Assembly (NCBI GenBank): GCA_002010215.1
Contig: MTMY01000002.1
Location: forward strand, 9,728-73,727
DNA length: 64,000 nt
Direction of reading: 5' to 3'
Source of the DNA: Archaeoglobus sp. JdFR-37
GTDB lineage: Archaea > Halobacteriota > Archaeoglobi > Archaeoglobales > Archaeoglobaceae
Positions 35,658 through 45,729 of this stretch are shown here, piece by piece (positions within the stretch are counted from its first letter, which is position 1; every line of letters begins with the position of its first letter). The notes under the pieces were generated by a model. That model searched no databases and was not told the origin of the DNA. It saw nothing but the letters and a program-made list of their open reading frames with translations. Made by a program: the position numbers and the translations under genes.

Positions 35658-37055
35658 TTAATCAGCTTCTGGGGGTTTCATTAGATACGCCAGAATCAGT
35701 GCAATCAGAGTCATTGTGCCTGAAGCTGCGTACGCAACCTCGTATCTGCCGGTTATGTCTCTGATGAACCCTGCCAGCTGAGGTCCAAGCAGACCAGCTG
35801 CACCCCATGCCGTGAACAGCACTGCGTAGTTAAAGCCTAGGTTCTTAGCTCCGAAGAAGTCAGCACAGTATGTTGGCATCAGTGCCAGAACACCACCGTA
35901 GGCGAGACCGACCAGTATAACTGCAATGAAGATGCCTGCAACTCCAAGAGCCTTCACCAGTGCTAGGAACGAGTACATCATTATGGTCATCAATGCAGCA
36001 TCCAGCATCAGTGCGTTTCTTCGTCCTATCTTGTCTGAAAGGCCTCCAAAGCCCGGTCTGCCGAGACCATTGAAGAGTGAGAGCATGCCCACAGCAATAA
36101 CACCTGCTGTGGTTCCCATCATTGGTAAGTCTGCTCCGTACTCCTTAGCAACAACTTTCATGTGGCCTATTGTCAGCAGACCAGCTGCAGCCATGAACCA
36201 GTACCAGAACCATAGCATCCAGAACTGCTTCGTCCTGATCATCTCTCTCCATTCGTAGTCCTTATGGGCAACATGAACCTTGGCCTTCTCGGGCTCCTCG
36301 GCTGGTTTTGGTGGAGTCCATCCCTCAGGCACCCAGCCCTCCGGTGGGAACTTAAGCACTGCACCAGCAGCAGTAATAACGATCAAGAAGAGAATACCGA
36401 GATACAGGAACGCGTAGCTCCAGCCAAAGTTAAGTATCAGTACAACCGATGGTGGAGCTAGGAAGAGAGCTCCCATACCGAAACCCATCACGGTCAGACC
36501 AACTGCCAATCCTGACTTATCCGGGAACCAACGTCGTGCTATAGGAATTGGCACGTTATACGCCAGCCCTATACCGAGACCACCAATAATACCGTACCAC
36601 AGATACAACCAGTATAATGTCCCGTAGTTAAATCCAACTCCTCCTCTCTCCTCAATTATTACTTTCTCCAGCGTCTTCTTGTCATTGATTACAAATGTCT
36701 TGCCATTTACGGTTACTTCCTTACCCAAGAACTGCTTGCTGGTTGGGTCGGCAAATATGAACTCCGGATCGGCAAAAGCTCCTCCGAAGCTTGTCATTAT
36801 CCATCCCAGAGCCAGCAGAACTCCTCCTACCCATACCACTTTCCTTGGTCCCCACTTGCCAAGCAAAAGTCCGCCTATTAGCATACCGGGTGCGAAGAAC
36901 GCGACGACCAGAGTAAAGGCTCCCGAAGACATTGCTCGAGTCCAGCCAAAAATGCTCTCAAGAGGGCCAATGAACACTGACCAGCTGTAGATGACGCCCA
37001 GCATCAGGTTTATCAAGAACCCCGCTAGAAGGTAAATCCATCTGTTCGTAGCCAT
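35658..37055 (-). CDS. MFS transporter, oxalate/formate antiporter (OFA) family-like
   Basis: 465 aa with 12 TM helices and a central insertion. N-terminal RWIYLLAGFLINLMLGVIYSWSVF is typical of the OFA family. Confidence 0.8.
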   Translation of the reverse strand: MATNRWIYLLAGFLINLMLGVIYSWSVFIGPLESIFGWTRAMSSGAFTLVVAFFAPGMLIGGLLLGKWGPRKVVWVGGVLLALGWIMTSFGGAFADPEFIFADPTSKQFLGKEVTVNGKTFVINDKKTLEKVIIEERGGVGFNYGTLYWLYLWYGIIGGLGIGLAYNVPIPIARRWFPDKSGLAVGLTVMGFGMGALFLAPPSVVLILNFGWSYAFLYLGILFLIVITAAGAVLKFPPEGWVPEGWTPPKPAEEPEKAKVHVAHKDYEWREMIRTKQFWMLWFWYWFMAAAGLLTIGHMKVVAKEYGADLPMMGTTAGVIAVGMLSLFNGLGRPGFGGLSDKIGRRNALMLDAALMTIMMYSFLALVKALGVAGIFIAVILVGLAYGGVLALMPTYCADFFGAKNLGFNYAVLFTAWGAAGLLGPQLAGFIRDITGRYEVAYAASGTMTLIALILAYLMKPPEAD

Positions 37056-37294
37056 ATCACCACCTCTTTTTTAACGATTAAACATAAACGAATTGTCATA
37101 TTTATAATTTTCTGAACCATAAATGAATTTTGTAAAATATAGCCTTTTTGTTCTCTAGTATCAAAACTCTTAAATACTAAGATACCAATTAACTAAATTA
37201 AACTAACTATAAATAGTTATCGGTATAAAATACCGCAATCCTTAAATATGAAAATTGTATGAATTAAACATGTAATTTCTGGGAGGTGTGATGT

Positions 37295-37888
37295 GTGACA
37301 GAAAAAGATGTTGAGCTATTTCACCCAGAGAAGCAGATTGAAGTGCAAAGGGAGATCTGGGCCAATCCGGCAACACTTGGATTGATGGGCTTCGCCCTGA
37401 CAACAATGGCCACAGGACTTCACAATGTGGGATATTGGGGAGCTGGACCGACTCTCGCCATGGCACTTGCCTTTGGTGGAACTGCACAGTTCTTCGCTGG
37501 TGCCATAGCCTTTAGAAAGGGTGCAATGTTCCCCGGCACCGCCTTTTGCTCCTATGGTGCCTTTTGGTGGTCGCTGTTCTTCATGCTCTTCGTCCTACCG
37601 ATGGGCGGTGTGAAAATCGATGCAGCCCAAGAATTCGGGTTCTTCCTGATGTGGACATTGTTTACACTGCCGTTCGTAATTGCTTCGATTAAACATGGAA
37701 AACTTTTGTTCATTCTGTTCGTCCTGCTGGAAATAGCCTTCATACTGCTAGACTTAGTTACACTGGGAACCCTCAGTGCAGTGGCAGCTGGATGGGAGAT
37801 ATTCATAACTGGCCTGCTGGCCTGGTACATCGGCGCCGCAGATCTCGTCAACCACGACTTCGGAAGGGAAGTGCTGCCCAATCCATAA
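37295..37888 (+). CDS. GPR1/FUN34/YaaH-family acetate/succinate channel (SatP-like)
   Basis: Signature NPATLGLMGFALTT. Six TM helices. GTG start after the GGGAGGTG RBS. Confidence 0.85.
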   Translation: MTEKDVELFHPEKQIEVQREIWANPATLGLMGFALTTMATGLHNVGYWGAGPTLAMALAFGGTAQFFAGAIAFRKGAMFPGTAFCSYGAFWWSLFFMLFVLPMGGVKIDAAQEFGFFLMWTLFTLPFVIASIKHGKLLFILFVLLEIAFILLDLVTLGTLSAVAAGWEIFITGLLAWYIGAADLVNHDFGREVLPNP

Positions 37889-37923
37889 TTTTATTTTTAA
37901 AATTTTTTAAATCTTTTAATCTT

Positions 37924-38913
37924 TTAAACAAACTCATCTATTGGCTTGAGTTTAGTGAATTCGAAGATCGTTTCATTGGCTCTTACATCCGGGTTGTAGC
38001 CCAATTCAAAGAGTGGTGCAAAGTAATTCAAGCCAGTAACAACGATTAGCTTCGCCCTTTTTCCTTCATAGATGCCAAAACTTTCTCGTCTCGGCATGAT
38101 TACTGCCACAGCTCCTCTGATGCCCCGAGCATCTGCCAGATACAGCTCCCTCTCAAGTATGTTCATCATGTGGGGAGATACCTCCTTCACATCGGCAATT
38201 GAATATCCGCTCCCTTTTTTGACGATTTCCAACACAGAGGTGTACCTCCCCCTCAAAAACAGTACAGAGGGGCTTATAGTGGTTCCACTGTAGCTTATGA
38301 GCTCCACCAGACCACGAGGCTTCAACCGGAAATAATGGAGGAGGCCAGCAGAGGATGACTCAATATCTATTTTTATATTTTTGGCTATGACATCATAAAT
38401 TGTATTGGAGACAACAGCAATCCCAACTTTTTCCTCGGGAATTTCGGTGAAGCCAATTTTCTCCCCCTCATCAGCCAAGGTGATGAGGTCGGAAACAACA
38501 AGATTGGAATCGTAAACTTCCAGCATAATTTTGAGAGTTTTTTCCACCAGATCCTTATCGATTATGACTATGTGAACTGGCACAGTTCCCTTCATTTTAT
38601 AGAGGTCGAAGGTGGACATGAACACCTCTAACTGAATGATTTCCTTGAACCCATCAGTTCTGTCAAAAACCGTACTTTTTTTCAAAAATTCTATTCCCAG
38701 CTCAGTTATTGCTAACGTCTCCTCTGTATTCGTTGCCAGCCCTTCATTCACCATTTCTCTTATGACTTCCTTTAGCAGTTTTCTATCAACATCAGGATTT
38801 ACCTGCCTTAGATCATTAAATATGTCCTTGATGGATGCCTTCACACGTTTTTCCAGAATTTTTAAAACTTCGATGAGGATTACGTCTCTTAAATGCCCTC
38901 TGTTGACTTTCAT
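37924..38913 (-). CDS. Winged-helix regulator with NrpR-type (DUF128) regulatory domain, candidate nitrogen repressor homolog
   Basis: N-terminal wHTH plus one C-terminal domain whose pattern (KVGIAVVSNT...ELISYSGTTISP...GSGYSIADVKEV) resembles NrpR domains as I remember them. Not verified. Confidence 0.45.
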   Translation of the reverse strand: MKVNRGHLRDVILIEVLKILEKRVKASIKDIFNDLRQVNPDVDRKLLKEVIREMVNEGLATNTEETLAITELGIEFLKKSTVFDRTDGFKEIIQLEVFMSTFDLYKMKGTVPVHIVIIDKDLVEKTLKIMLEVYDSNLVVSDLITLADEGEKIGFTEIPEEKVGIAVVSNTIYDVIAKNIKIDIESSSAGLLHYFRLKPRGLVELISYSGTTISPSVLFLRGRYTSVLEIVKKGSGYSIADVKEVSPHMMNILERELYLADARGIRGAVAVIMPRRESFGIYEGKRAKLIVVTGLNYFAPLFELGYNPDVRANETIFEFTKLKPIDEFV

Positions 38914-39061
38914 AATCTGCTCACCAATTTCAAATTGTCATAGTTAATACAACACCAATTAATACTAAACCTTTCCTATCATTAGCCTTTGTCTTATTAG
39001 CTTCTGCACTACCAAAACCCAAGGAAATAATTTAAAAAGATTCGTCTCCTTGTTCCTCTGA

Positions 39062-39409
39062 ATGCTAAGAAGAGAGAAGAGACTTGAAAGAAAGATCGCC
39101 AAGGAAAGAATATCAATTTTACTGAATATGGCCGATAAAATGAAGTTTGAGGATTATGCTCTTGCCAGGAGATATGTGGAACTGGCCAAAAAGATTGCCA
39201 TGCGCTATAGAATCAGAATTTCAAAAGACCAGAAGAGGAATTTCTGCAAGAAGTGTCTCTACCCATATCGTCATGACAGGGTTAGAGTTAGGGTTAGAAA
39301 ATCCAGAGTTATGATTACCTGCCTTAACTGTGGATTTATTCGACGAATTCCCATCAGACCCATCAAATCTTCTCAATCTAAAAAAATTAATGAAGTTAAT
39401 AAAAAATGA
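39062..39409 (+). CDS. rnp4: RNase P protein component 4 (Rpp21/RNP4)
   Basis: Helical N-terminus (ARRYVELAKKIAMRYRIRI) and zinc ribbon CKKC...CLNCG. Confidence 0.8.
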   Translation: MLRREKRLERKIAKERISILLNMADKMKFEDYALARRYVELAKKIAMRYRIRISKDQKRNFCKKCLYPYRHDRVRVRVRKSRVMITCLNCGFIRRIPIRPIKSSQSKKINEVNKK

Positions 39410-39467
39410 AAAAGTTAAAATAGTAGTCAGAAAAGAGGCAAGTAAAATAGAGGTTGGTGAAAAGAAA

Positions 39468-39833
39468 ATGGTATCCGAAGTTGTAAGGGAGAAAGCACTT
39501 GCTCTGGCAAATGCAATTCTTGAAACAGAAGAATATAGGGATTTTGTTGCCAAGGAGAATGTTCTCAAAAATGATGATGAAGCACAGAAACTGTTGTTAG
39601 AGTTTCAGGAGAAACAGCAAGAGTTTATTGGCAAACAGCTTTCTGGTGAAGTTGATCAGGAACTTCTGGGGCAACTTACTGAAATTCAGACCAAACTCAA
39701 CAGTAGAGAGAGCGTTGTTGAATTTATCCAGTCCTACAACAAGCTTCTTGACATGCTGGGTGAGATTGGAGATATTATAAGCGAGACGATCGATCTTGAT
39801 TTTGGAGAAGTTTATAGGGCCCAGCCAGGCTAG
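39468..39833 (+). CDS. YlbF/YmcA-like (UPF0342/DUF964-type) helical protein
   Basis: ANAILETEEYRDFVAKENVLKNDDEAQKLLLEFQEKQ pattern. ATG 39468 was chosen to avoid overlap with rnp4; the ORF is open from 39330. Confidence 0.55.
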   Translation: MVSEVVREKALALANAILETEEYRDFVAKENVLKNDDEAQKLLLEFQEKQQEFIGKQLSGEVDQELLGQLTEIQTKLNSRESVVEFIQSYNKLLDMLGEIGDIISETIDLDFGEVYRAQPG

Positions 39834-40396
39834 ATGGCCTCAACAGGTCTCGTTTTTCTAATATCTTCTTCTATTTTTAAAATTTCTCTAGAATATAAAC
39901 TGCATACTTCAAGAGCTATCCTCTGAACATCGTAAACTCCCATCTCCGTCAGAGATGCATACTCTTCGCTTTCAATGTTAATACCCAGATGTATCTTTGA
40001 GGATACAGGAGAGACTGTCGCAACACTCACACTCAATTTTTTCCCATTCCAGAACATGTCGCTCCCTTTTATCTCTATTTCTCTTCCAATGATTTCCTTC
40101 GCCATGTAAACTAGTAGTCTCTGACGGGTGGTGATCAGTTTCATACTAACATCATCGAAGTGCTCCACTATGAAGTGAAGCATCTTAGGAGAGTAAATTC
40201 TCTCCCCCTCAACACGATCCTCCATATCCACCATGTGATTTGGTTGAACGTCACACTTGCCAATAAACGCGATGATACAATCGTCTTTTATCCCAAAATT
40301 CCTGAAAGCCCATAAAGAAGCAAGTTGTGAGCCATCGTACTCAATTTCCTCTTCTAGGAAGACCCAGTCCATGACTTCCACCGTCTTCTGGCTCAT
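39830..40396 (-). CDS. Conserved hypothetical protein (DUF366-like)
   Basis: 188-aa soluble protein. The family assignment is from memory only. Confidence 0.4.
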   Translation of the reverse strand: MSQKTVEVMDWVFLEEEIEYDGSQLASLWAFRNFGIKDDCIIAFIGKCDVQPNHMVDMEDRVEGERIYSPKMLHFIVEHFDDVSMKLITTRQRLLVYMAKEIIGREIEIKGSDMFWNGKKLSVSVATVSPVSSKIHLGINIESEEYASLTEMGVYDVQRIALEVCSLYSREILKIEEDIRKTRPVEAI

Positions 40397-40543
40397 AAAG
40401 CAAGTATTTAAGAATTTTGAAAAATTTTAAATCTCAATTGTTGAATAAAACTAATTTAAAACCGACTTTGAATAATACTAATAACGAAAATCTTATTAAC
40501 AATTGCTACAATATCGATTTCCAATAACAAGAGGGGTGATAAG

Positions 40544-41431
40544 TTGCACATACCCGACGGTTTTCTGGACCTGAGTATAGCCGCCATCTTTTACCTAATG
40601 ACCATGTCGGTGGTTGGATTTTCTTTACTGAAAATGAGTAAGCAGAAATTCAACGGAGCCCTTATTGGTATCGTTGCTGCAGCAATATTTGCCGTCCAAA
40701 TGCTCAACTGGCCTATTCCGGGTGGCACCTCAGCTCATTTTGTTGGCGGTGCTCTTGCAGGAATTTTGCTGGGTCCATATGCTGGCTGCCTTGCCATGAC
40801 GCTTGTGCTAGTCATTCAGGGGCTTGTCTTTGCTGACGGTGGTTTGACTGCTCTTGGGGCCAACATCTGGAACATGGCTGTTGTAAATGTATTCGTTGGT
40901 TATTACATCTACAGAGCTCTGGAGAGAACTAATAAGAGTGTTGCAGCCTTTGCAGCAGGATGGCTGGGCATTACAATGGCAGCCATATTCACTGGCATGG
41001 AAGTGGGCCTCTCTTCATCTTTCAAATACAGCCTCACAACGGCAGTAACGGTAATGGGGACGTGGCACGGGATTCTCGGGATAATAGAGGGCATAATAAC
41101 CACAAGTGTTGTGACGTACATAGCCAGCATGAGACCAGATTTGCTTGAAGGTAGGGCTGAGACTGCTCCGGGAAAAATGGCCTACGCAGCGATTACAGTG
41201 ATGATCGTTCTTTCACCACTCTTCGCCTATACTGCAGAATTGGTTGGGTATTCAGAACCGCTGGAGAATGTTGCAGAGATGCTGGGTGCTGAAGAACACC
41301 CCATATACGAAGGATTGCTCCCTGATTATACTGTACCAGGGCTTGATCCATACATTGGGACTATAATATCAGCGGTGACGGGAGTCGCAATTGTTATGGG
41401 TATAGGATACGGAATGAGAAGGTATGCATGA
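40544..41431 (+). CDS. cbiM: ECF transporter substrate-capture component CbiM fused to a PDGLE/CbiN-like C-terminal module (cobalt/nickel uptake)
   Basis: Classic (M)HIPDGFLD N-terminus (TTG start). An extra C-terminal TM pair contains the YSEPLENV (PDGLE-like) motif. Confidence 0.85.
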   Translation: MHIPDGFLDLSIAAIFYLMTMSVVGFSLLKMSKQKFNGALIGIVAAAIFAVQMLNWPIPGGTSAHFVGGALAGILLGPYAGCLAMTLVLVIQGLVFADGGLTALGANIWNMAVVNVFVGYYIYRALERTNKSVAAFAAGWLGITMAAIFTGMEVGLSSSFKYSLTTAVTVMGTWHGILGIIEGIITTSVVTYIASMRPDLLEGRAETAPGKMAYAAITVMIVLSPLFAYTAELVGYSEPLENVAEMLGAEEHPIYEGLLPDYTVPGLDPYIGTIISAVTGVAIVMGIGYGMRRYA

Positions 41432-42167
41432 ACTCATAGAGAGGAGCATAAAAGAGGCATCGCAATATTTTCAAAATTTTTTTATACATGATTACGGAAG
41501 GCAAGGCTTTTTGCACATGATTGATGCTAGAATAAAACTTCTGGGAACTTTTTTGCTGATTGTGTTAGCTGTATCAACTTTTGACCCTATGAAGGTCGGG
41601 GTCATTTTTGTCTCATCTCTTATTCTGGCTGCTTTTTCCAGAATCGGTATTAAAAAGGTTCTGAAGAGGATTTGGCTTTTTACCCTATTTTCTTTCATAA
41701 TAGTTCTGCCCCTCACCCTGAGCTTTAGAGTTGAAGATTTGCTATATGTTCTTCTCTTCACCCTCAGGGTTGCCACATCTTTGATAGCAATTCAGGTGCT
41801 CATACTCTCCACACCTTTCAATGACATCGTTTATGCCATGAGAGGTCTCAAATTCCCCAAAGGTTTTGTTTCGACCCTCTGGCTGGCATACCGCTACATC
41901 ATTCTGATGTTCACCGAGCTCATGAGAGTGATGCTGGCAAGAGAGAGCCGGAGAATGACAAAAGGAAGCCATATGGATTTGTGGAGGAAAGGGGGGGAAA
42001 GCCTGGGTTTATTTTTCATCAGAACATTTGAGAGAGCTGAGAGAGTTCAGCTGGCCATGAGAGCCAGAGGTGAGAAAGTTGTGGCAATCAAAGGCAGTTT
42101 TACCCGACTTGATAAAATATATATCCTCTTTATGGCAGCAGTAACCCTCTGGTGGATGGCAATATGA
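41424..42167 (+). CDS. cbiQ: ECF transporter transmembrane (T) component CbiQ
   Basis: IDARIKLLG start region and the ARESR/ARG motif region (MLARESRRM...AMRARG). Coupled to cbiM and cbiO. Confidence 0.8.
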   Translation: MHELIERSIKEASQYFQNFFIHDYGRQGFLHMIDARIKLLGTFLLIVLAVSTFDPMKVGVIFVSSLILAAFSRIGIKKVLKRIWLFTLFSFIIVLPLTLSFRVEDLLYVLLFTLRVATSLIAIQVLILSTPFNDIVYAMRGLKFPKGFVSTLWLAYRYIILMFTELMRVMLARESRRMTKGSHMDLWRKGGESLGLFFIRTFERAERVQLAMRARGEKVVAIKGSFTRLDKIYILFMAAVTLWWMAI

Positions 42168-42883
42168 TTGGAAGTACCATAAATGCCATCGAAGCTGAGA
42201 ACATCAGCTACATTTATCCTGACGGAACCACAGGTTTCAGGGATGTCAGCTTAAAGATTGGAGAGGGTGAAAGAGTTGCGATAATAGGAGCCAACGGTAG
42301 CGGGAAGTCGTCGCTCCTGATGGTGCTCTCTGGTCTCCTAAAACCAAAAACAGGTTACGTGAGGATATACGGTATTGAACCCAATAAAAAGAATGTGGAG
42401 ACGATAAGGAGGATGGTGGGTGTTGTTTTTCAGGATCCAGATGATTTCCTTTTCAATCCCACAGTGAGAGACGAGCTGATGTATGCTCCTCTTCAGCTCA
42501 GCTGGAGCACAGAAGAGATAGAAAAAGCAGTAAAGGAATACTCTGAAATCTTTAATCTCCATGAGATTTTGCATAAGCCACCTTTCAGGCTGAGCGGTGG
42601 AGAGAAGAAGAAGGTTGAAATTGCCAGCGTTATGATTGCAAAGCCCAAGATTCTCTTTCTGGACGAGCCCACGGCAAATATAGATGGCAAGGCCAAAAGG
42701 AAGATTATGGAGCTTCTGAATGATTTTAATGGTACCCTCGTTTTAACATCCCACGAGCTGGAAGTTGCCAGAAAGTTATGCGGGAAGGCAATTGTGATGA
42801 GTATGGATAGGAAAATCATGGCGGAAGGCGATATAGGTTTGCTGGATGATGAGGGTCTTCTGGAAGATGCCGGAGTGCTGTAG
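42152..42883 (+). CDS. cbiO: ECF transporter ATPase CbiO
   Basis: Walker A GANGSGKSS, signature LSGGEKKKV, Walker B LFLDEPTANID. Confidence 0.9.
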   Translation: MDGNMIGSTINAIEAENISYIYPDGTTGFRDVSLKIGEGERVAIIGANGSGKSSLLMVLSGLLKPKTGYVRIYGIEPNKKNVETIRRMVGVVFQDPDDFLFNPTVRDELMYAPLQLSWSTEEIEKAVKEYSEIFNLHEILHKPPFRLSGGEKKKVEIASVMIAKPKILFLDEPTANIDGKAKRKIMELLNDFNGTLVLTSHELEVARKLCGKAIVMSMDRKIMAEGDIGLLDDEGLLEDAGVL

Positions 42884-42968
42884 GGAGGCACTATACATAC
42901 CGTGAACCGAATTCTGAATCAAAAGCATAACGACAGGTTTTTATTTAACGATAAATAATGACCCATCA

Positions 42969-44294
42969 ATGCTGGAAAAAATGTTCTATCCTGAATCTGT
43001 TGCAGTTATAGGTGCTTCTGCCGACTCCCGAAAGCTCGGCCATACAGTGCTAAAAAACATAATTGACGGAGGATTTAAGGGGAGAATTTACCCCATTAAC
43101 CCGAAGAGTGGGGAGATTCTGGGTCTAAATGCTTATCAGAGCATTCTTAATGTGCCGGATGAGATTGATCTGGCAGTGATTATCGTTCCGGCAAAATTTG
43201 TTCCCGGCGTTATGGAAGATTTAGGAAGGAAGGGGGTAAGAGCTGCTATAATAATTACAGGCGGTTTTAGAGAAGCTGGCAATGAAGAGCTGGAGAATCA
43301 GGTGCTGGAAATCGCAAAGAAATACGGTATAAGGGTTGTTGGGCCCAACTGCCAAGGCATAAATAACACCCACCATCAGCTCTGCGCTTCCTGGCCCCTG
43401 ATAACTTTGAAGGGGAGAATTGCAATAGCATCTCAAAGTGGCACCGTTGCTGCTGCCCTCGCAGACTGGAGCCAGGATGACGGAATTGGCTTTTCAACCT
43501 TTGTCAGCCTTGGAAACAAGTCAGATGTTGATGAGGTTGACATAATAGAGTTCTTTTCAGAAGATGAAAACACGGCGGTCATAGCCCTCTATGTGGAAGG
43601 AGTAAGAGATGGCAGAAGGTTCATGGATGCCGCAAAGATGTGCAGGAAACCCATAGTGATTTCGAAACCGGGAGTGACAGAAAGGGGAGCGAAGGCTGTT
43701 GAAAGCCATACTAAATCCATGGCTGGCAGAGATGCTGTGTTTGAAGCAGCATGCAAGCAGAGCGGGATTATAAGGGCGGAAAATCTGGAGGAGCTTTACG
43801 ATTTTGCCAAAGCATTTGCGTATCTAAGGCCTTTTAAAGGAGAAAGGGTGCTTATAGTAACCAGTTCCGGCGGTGCAGGGATTCTGGCAATTGACGTGCT
43901 GGAGAGCAATGGGCTGAGAGTTTTCGAGGCTGATGAGGAGCTGAAGGCTAAGCTGAGAGACTTGGTGCCTGCCCACGCAATCCTCGACAACCCAATCGAC
44001 CTGACAGGAGATGCCACCGCCGAGATGTATCTGAATGTTGTTAAGGCGGCTTTCGATTATGCGGACGCTTTCCTGCTCATTTTCGGTGACCCGATAGAAG
44101 GGGCTGCCGATACCGTAATTGAGACAGTCAAGATGGCAGATGCCGCAGAAAAAACGGTGGTTGTTGCTTTCCTTGGGGGTGCGGAGGTAGAGAAGGAAGA
44201 AGTGGCGAAGATGCACAGTCATGGCATACCCGTTTTTCCTACCCCTGAAAGGGCTGCGAGGGTTCTGGCAGCTTTAAAGAGGTGGGGTCATTGA
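42969..44294 (+). CDS. acdA: Acetyl-CoA synthetase (ADP-forming) alpha subunit
   Basis: CoA-binding N-terminus PESVAVIGAS and succinyl-CoA-synthetase-like domains with GPNCQG. Followed by the ATP-grasp beta subunit. Confidence 0.8.
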   Translation: MLEKMFYPESVAVIGASADSRKLGHTVLKNIIDGGFKGRIYPINPKSGEILGLNAYQSILNVPDEIDLAVIIVPAKFVPGVMEDLGRKGVRAAIIITGGFREAGNEELENQVLEIAKKYGIRVVGPNCQGINNTHHQLCASWPLITLKGRIAIASQSGTVAAALADWSQDDGIGFSTFVSLGNKSDVDEVDIIEFFSEDENTAVIALYVEGVRDGRRFMDAAKMCRKPIVISKPGVTERGAKAVESHTKSMAGRDAVFEAACKQSGIIRAENLEELYDFAKAFAYLRPFKGERVLIVTSSGGAGILAIDVLESNGLRVFEADEELKAKLRDLVPAHAILDNPIDLTGDATAEMYLNVVKAAFDYADAFLLIFGDPIEGAADTVIETVKMADAAEKTVVVAFLGGAEVEKEEVAKMHSHGIPVFPTPERAARVLAALKRWGH

Positions 44295-44348
44295 GCTCTG
44301 TCTTAAGTTCTGTCTTAAATCAAAAGTATAATCGTGAGAGGTGGTATC

Positions 44349-44996
44349 ATGCATGAGGTTATCGAGAAGGCTTTAAAGGAGGGGCGATATCCAACTGAAC
44401 CTGAATGTAGAGAGATGCTGAAGGAGTACGGCATTCCAGTTCTAGATTATGCCATCGCAAGGAATGAGGAAGAGGCTGTTAAGGCTGCTGAAAGGATTGG
44501 ATATCCTGTGGTCATGAAGGTTATTACTGCAAGAGGAGAGCATAAAACCGAGATTGGTGGAGTAGTGCTGGACATAAGAGGTGAGGATGCTCTTCTGAAC
44601 GCTTTTCTAAGGCTAAGCTCACCAATGGGTGTTCTGATTTCTCCGATGGTTAAGGGTATCGAGCTCCTGATAGGTGCATTTCAGGATGAACAGTTCGGTG
44701 GCGTCATCGCCTTCGGAACCGGCGGAAAGTTTGCAGAGGTGTATGAGGATGTGGCTTACAGAATTACACCTGTGGATGCGGAAACGGCAATGGAAATGAT
44801 GAAGGAGACGAAGGTTTACAGAATTCTCACGGGATTTAGAGACGTTGAGCCGAGAGACGTCAAGCAGATTGCTGAACTGCTGGCGAATCTATCAAAGCTC
44901 GTGGAGGAGAATCCGGAGATAAAGGAGATAGACCTGAACCCCACGTTTTCCTTGCCTGAAGGAGTATTTGTGGGGGATGCACGGTTTATTCTGTAA
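44349..44996 (+). CDS. acdB: Acetyl-CoA synthetase (ADP-forming) beta subunit (ATP-grasp)
   Basis: ECREMLKEYGIPV...GYPVVMKV ATP-grasp pattern. ATG 44349 follows the GAGGTGG RBS (the ORF track starts at GTG 44334). Confidence 0.8.
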   Translation: MHEVIEKALKEGRYPTEPECREMLKEYGIPVLDYAIARNEEEAVKAAERIGYPVVMKVITARGEHKTEIGGVVLDIRGEDALLNAFLRLSSPMGVLISPMVKGIELLIGAFQDEQFGGVIAFGTGGKFAEVYEDVAYRITPVDAETAMEMMKETKVYRILTGFRDVEPRDVKQIAELLANLSKLVEENPEIKEIDLNPTFSLPEGVFVGDARFIL

Positions 44997-45063
44997 TTTT
45001 TCTATTTTTGGCGAATTACATTACCGGTTATCCAAATTGTCAAAGATTTGCCAAACGCAACAC

Positions 45064-45729
45064 TTACCTCAGCAAAATCACCGCCAGAAACAGGGCTGCA
45101 ACCCCTAATAACCCCAGAACCAGAGGAGGATATCTAAAACCAAGAGATGATGCCAGCTCAGGGATTCCGAAGGCAATCATTAATGCTACTATGCCGAGCA
45201 ATAACGAGTATCCCAGCCTTAGGGAGAAGATTCTATCTGTGCTAACTCTATGAACTCCATAGTCTCTTGCTTCCACCTCTACCTCTGCCCCAATTTCTGC
45301 AGCTTCTTTGACAGCCCACCAAGAGACTTCTGAAATAGAGAACAGAAGCACCACGGGAAGTAAAGCAGATTCTACTCCTCTATAAAGGGTGAGAAGCTGG
45401 TAGAATTCAAAAATATATCCTATACCGACGTAATCAGCTAAATTGACAATTCCCTTCACGAACTCGGATCCATAGAAGTACGGAATAAGATTTAGGAAAA
45501 GGAGAATAGAGAATAGTGGAAAGTTGAAGGGCTTTCTGTTTGCGAAAATGGTGATGACGGGGATTAGATAAAGAATTTCCGAGTAGGGGATGAACTCCTT
45601 TAACGGTGTGACATATATGGCCAGCTCAGCCATTATGAGTGATGGGAGTGAGTATTTTATCCTCTGCCAGTTCATCTTGCTTATCTGACTCATTTGACTT
45701 ACTTGGCTGATCTGGCCAATTGAAGTCAT
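45064..45729 (-). CDS. Hypothetical polytopic membrane protein, last gene of the MoxR/DUF58/transglutaminase operon
   Basis: ATGA start/stop overlap with the DUF58 gene. 5-6 hydrophobic helices. Confidence 0.4.
   Translation of the reverse strand: MTSIGQISQVSQMSQISKMNWQRIKYSLPSLIMAELAIYVTPLKEFIPYSEILYLIPVITIFANRKPFNFPLFSILLFLNLIPYFYGSEFVKGIVNLADYVGIGYIFEFYQLLTLYRGVESALLPVVLLFSISEVSWWAVKEAAEIGAEVEVEARDYGVHRVSTDRIFSLRLGYSLLLGIVALMIAFGIPELASSLGFRYPPLVLGLLGVAALFLAVILLR

Noticed and set aside
40397-40543. Possible cobalamin or nickel/cobalt riboswitch upstream of cbiM.
   Set aside because: The region is AT-rich with no conserved B12-box-like or NiCo-like paired elements. Such riboswitches are not established in archaea.
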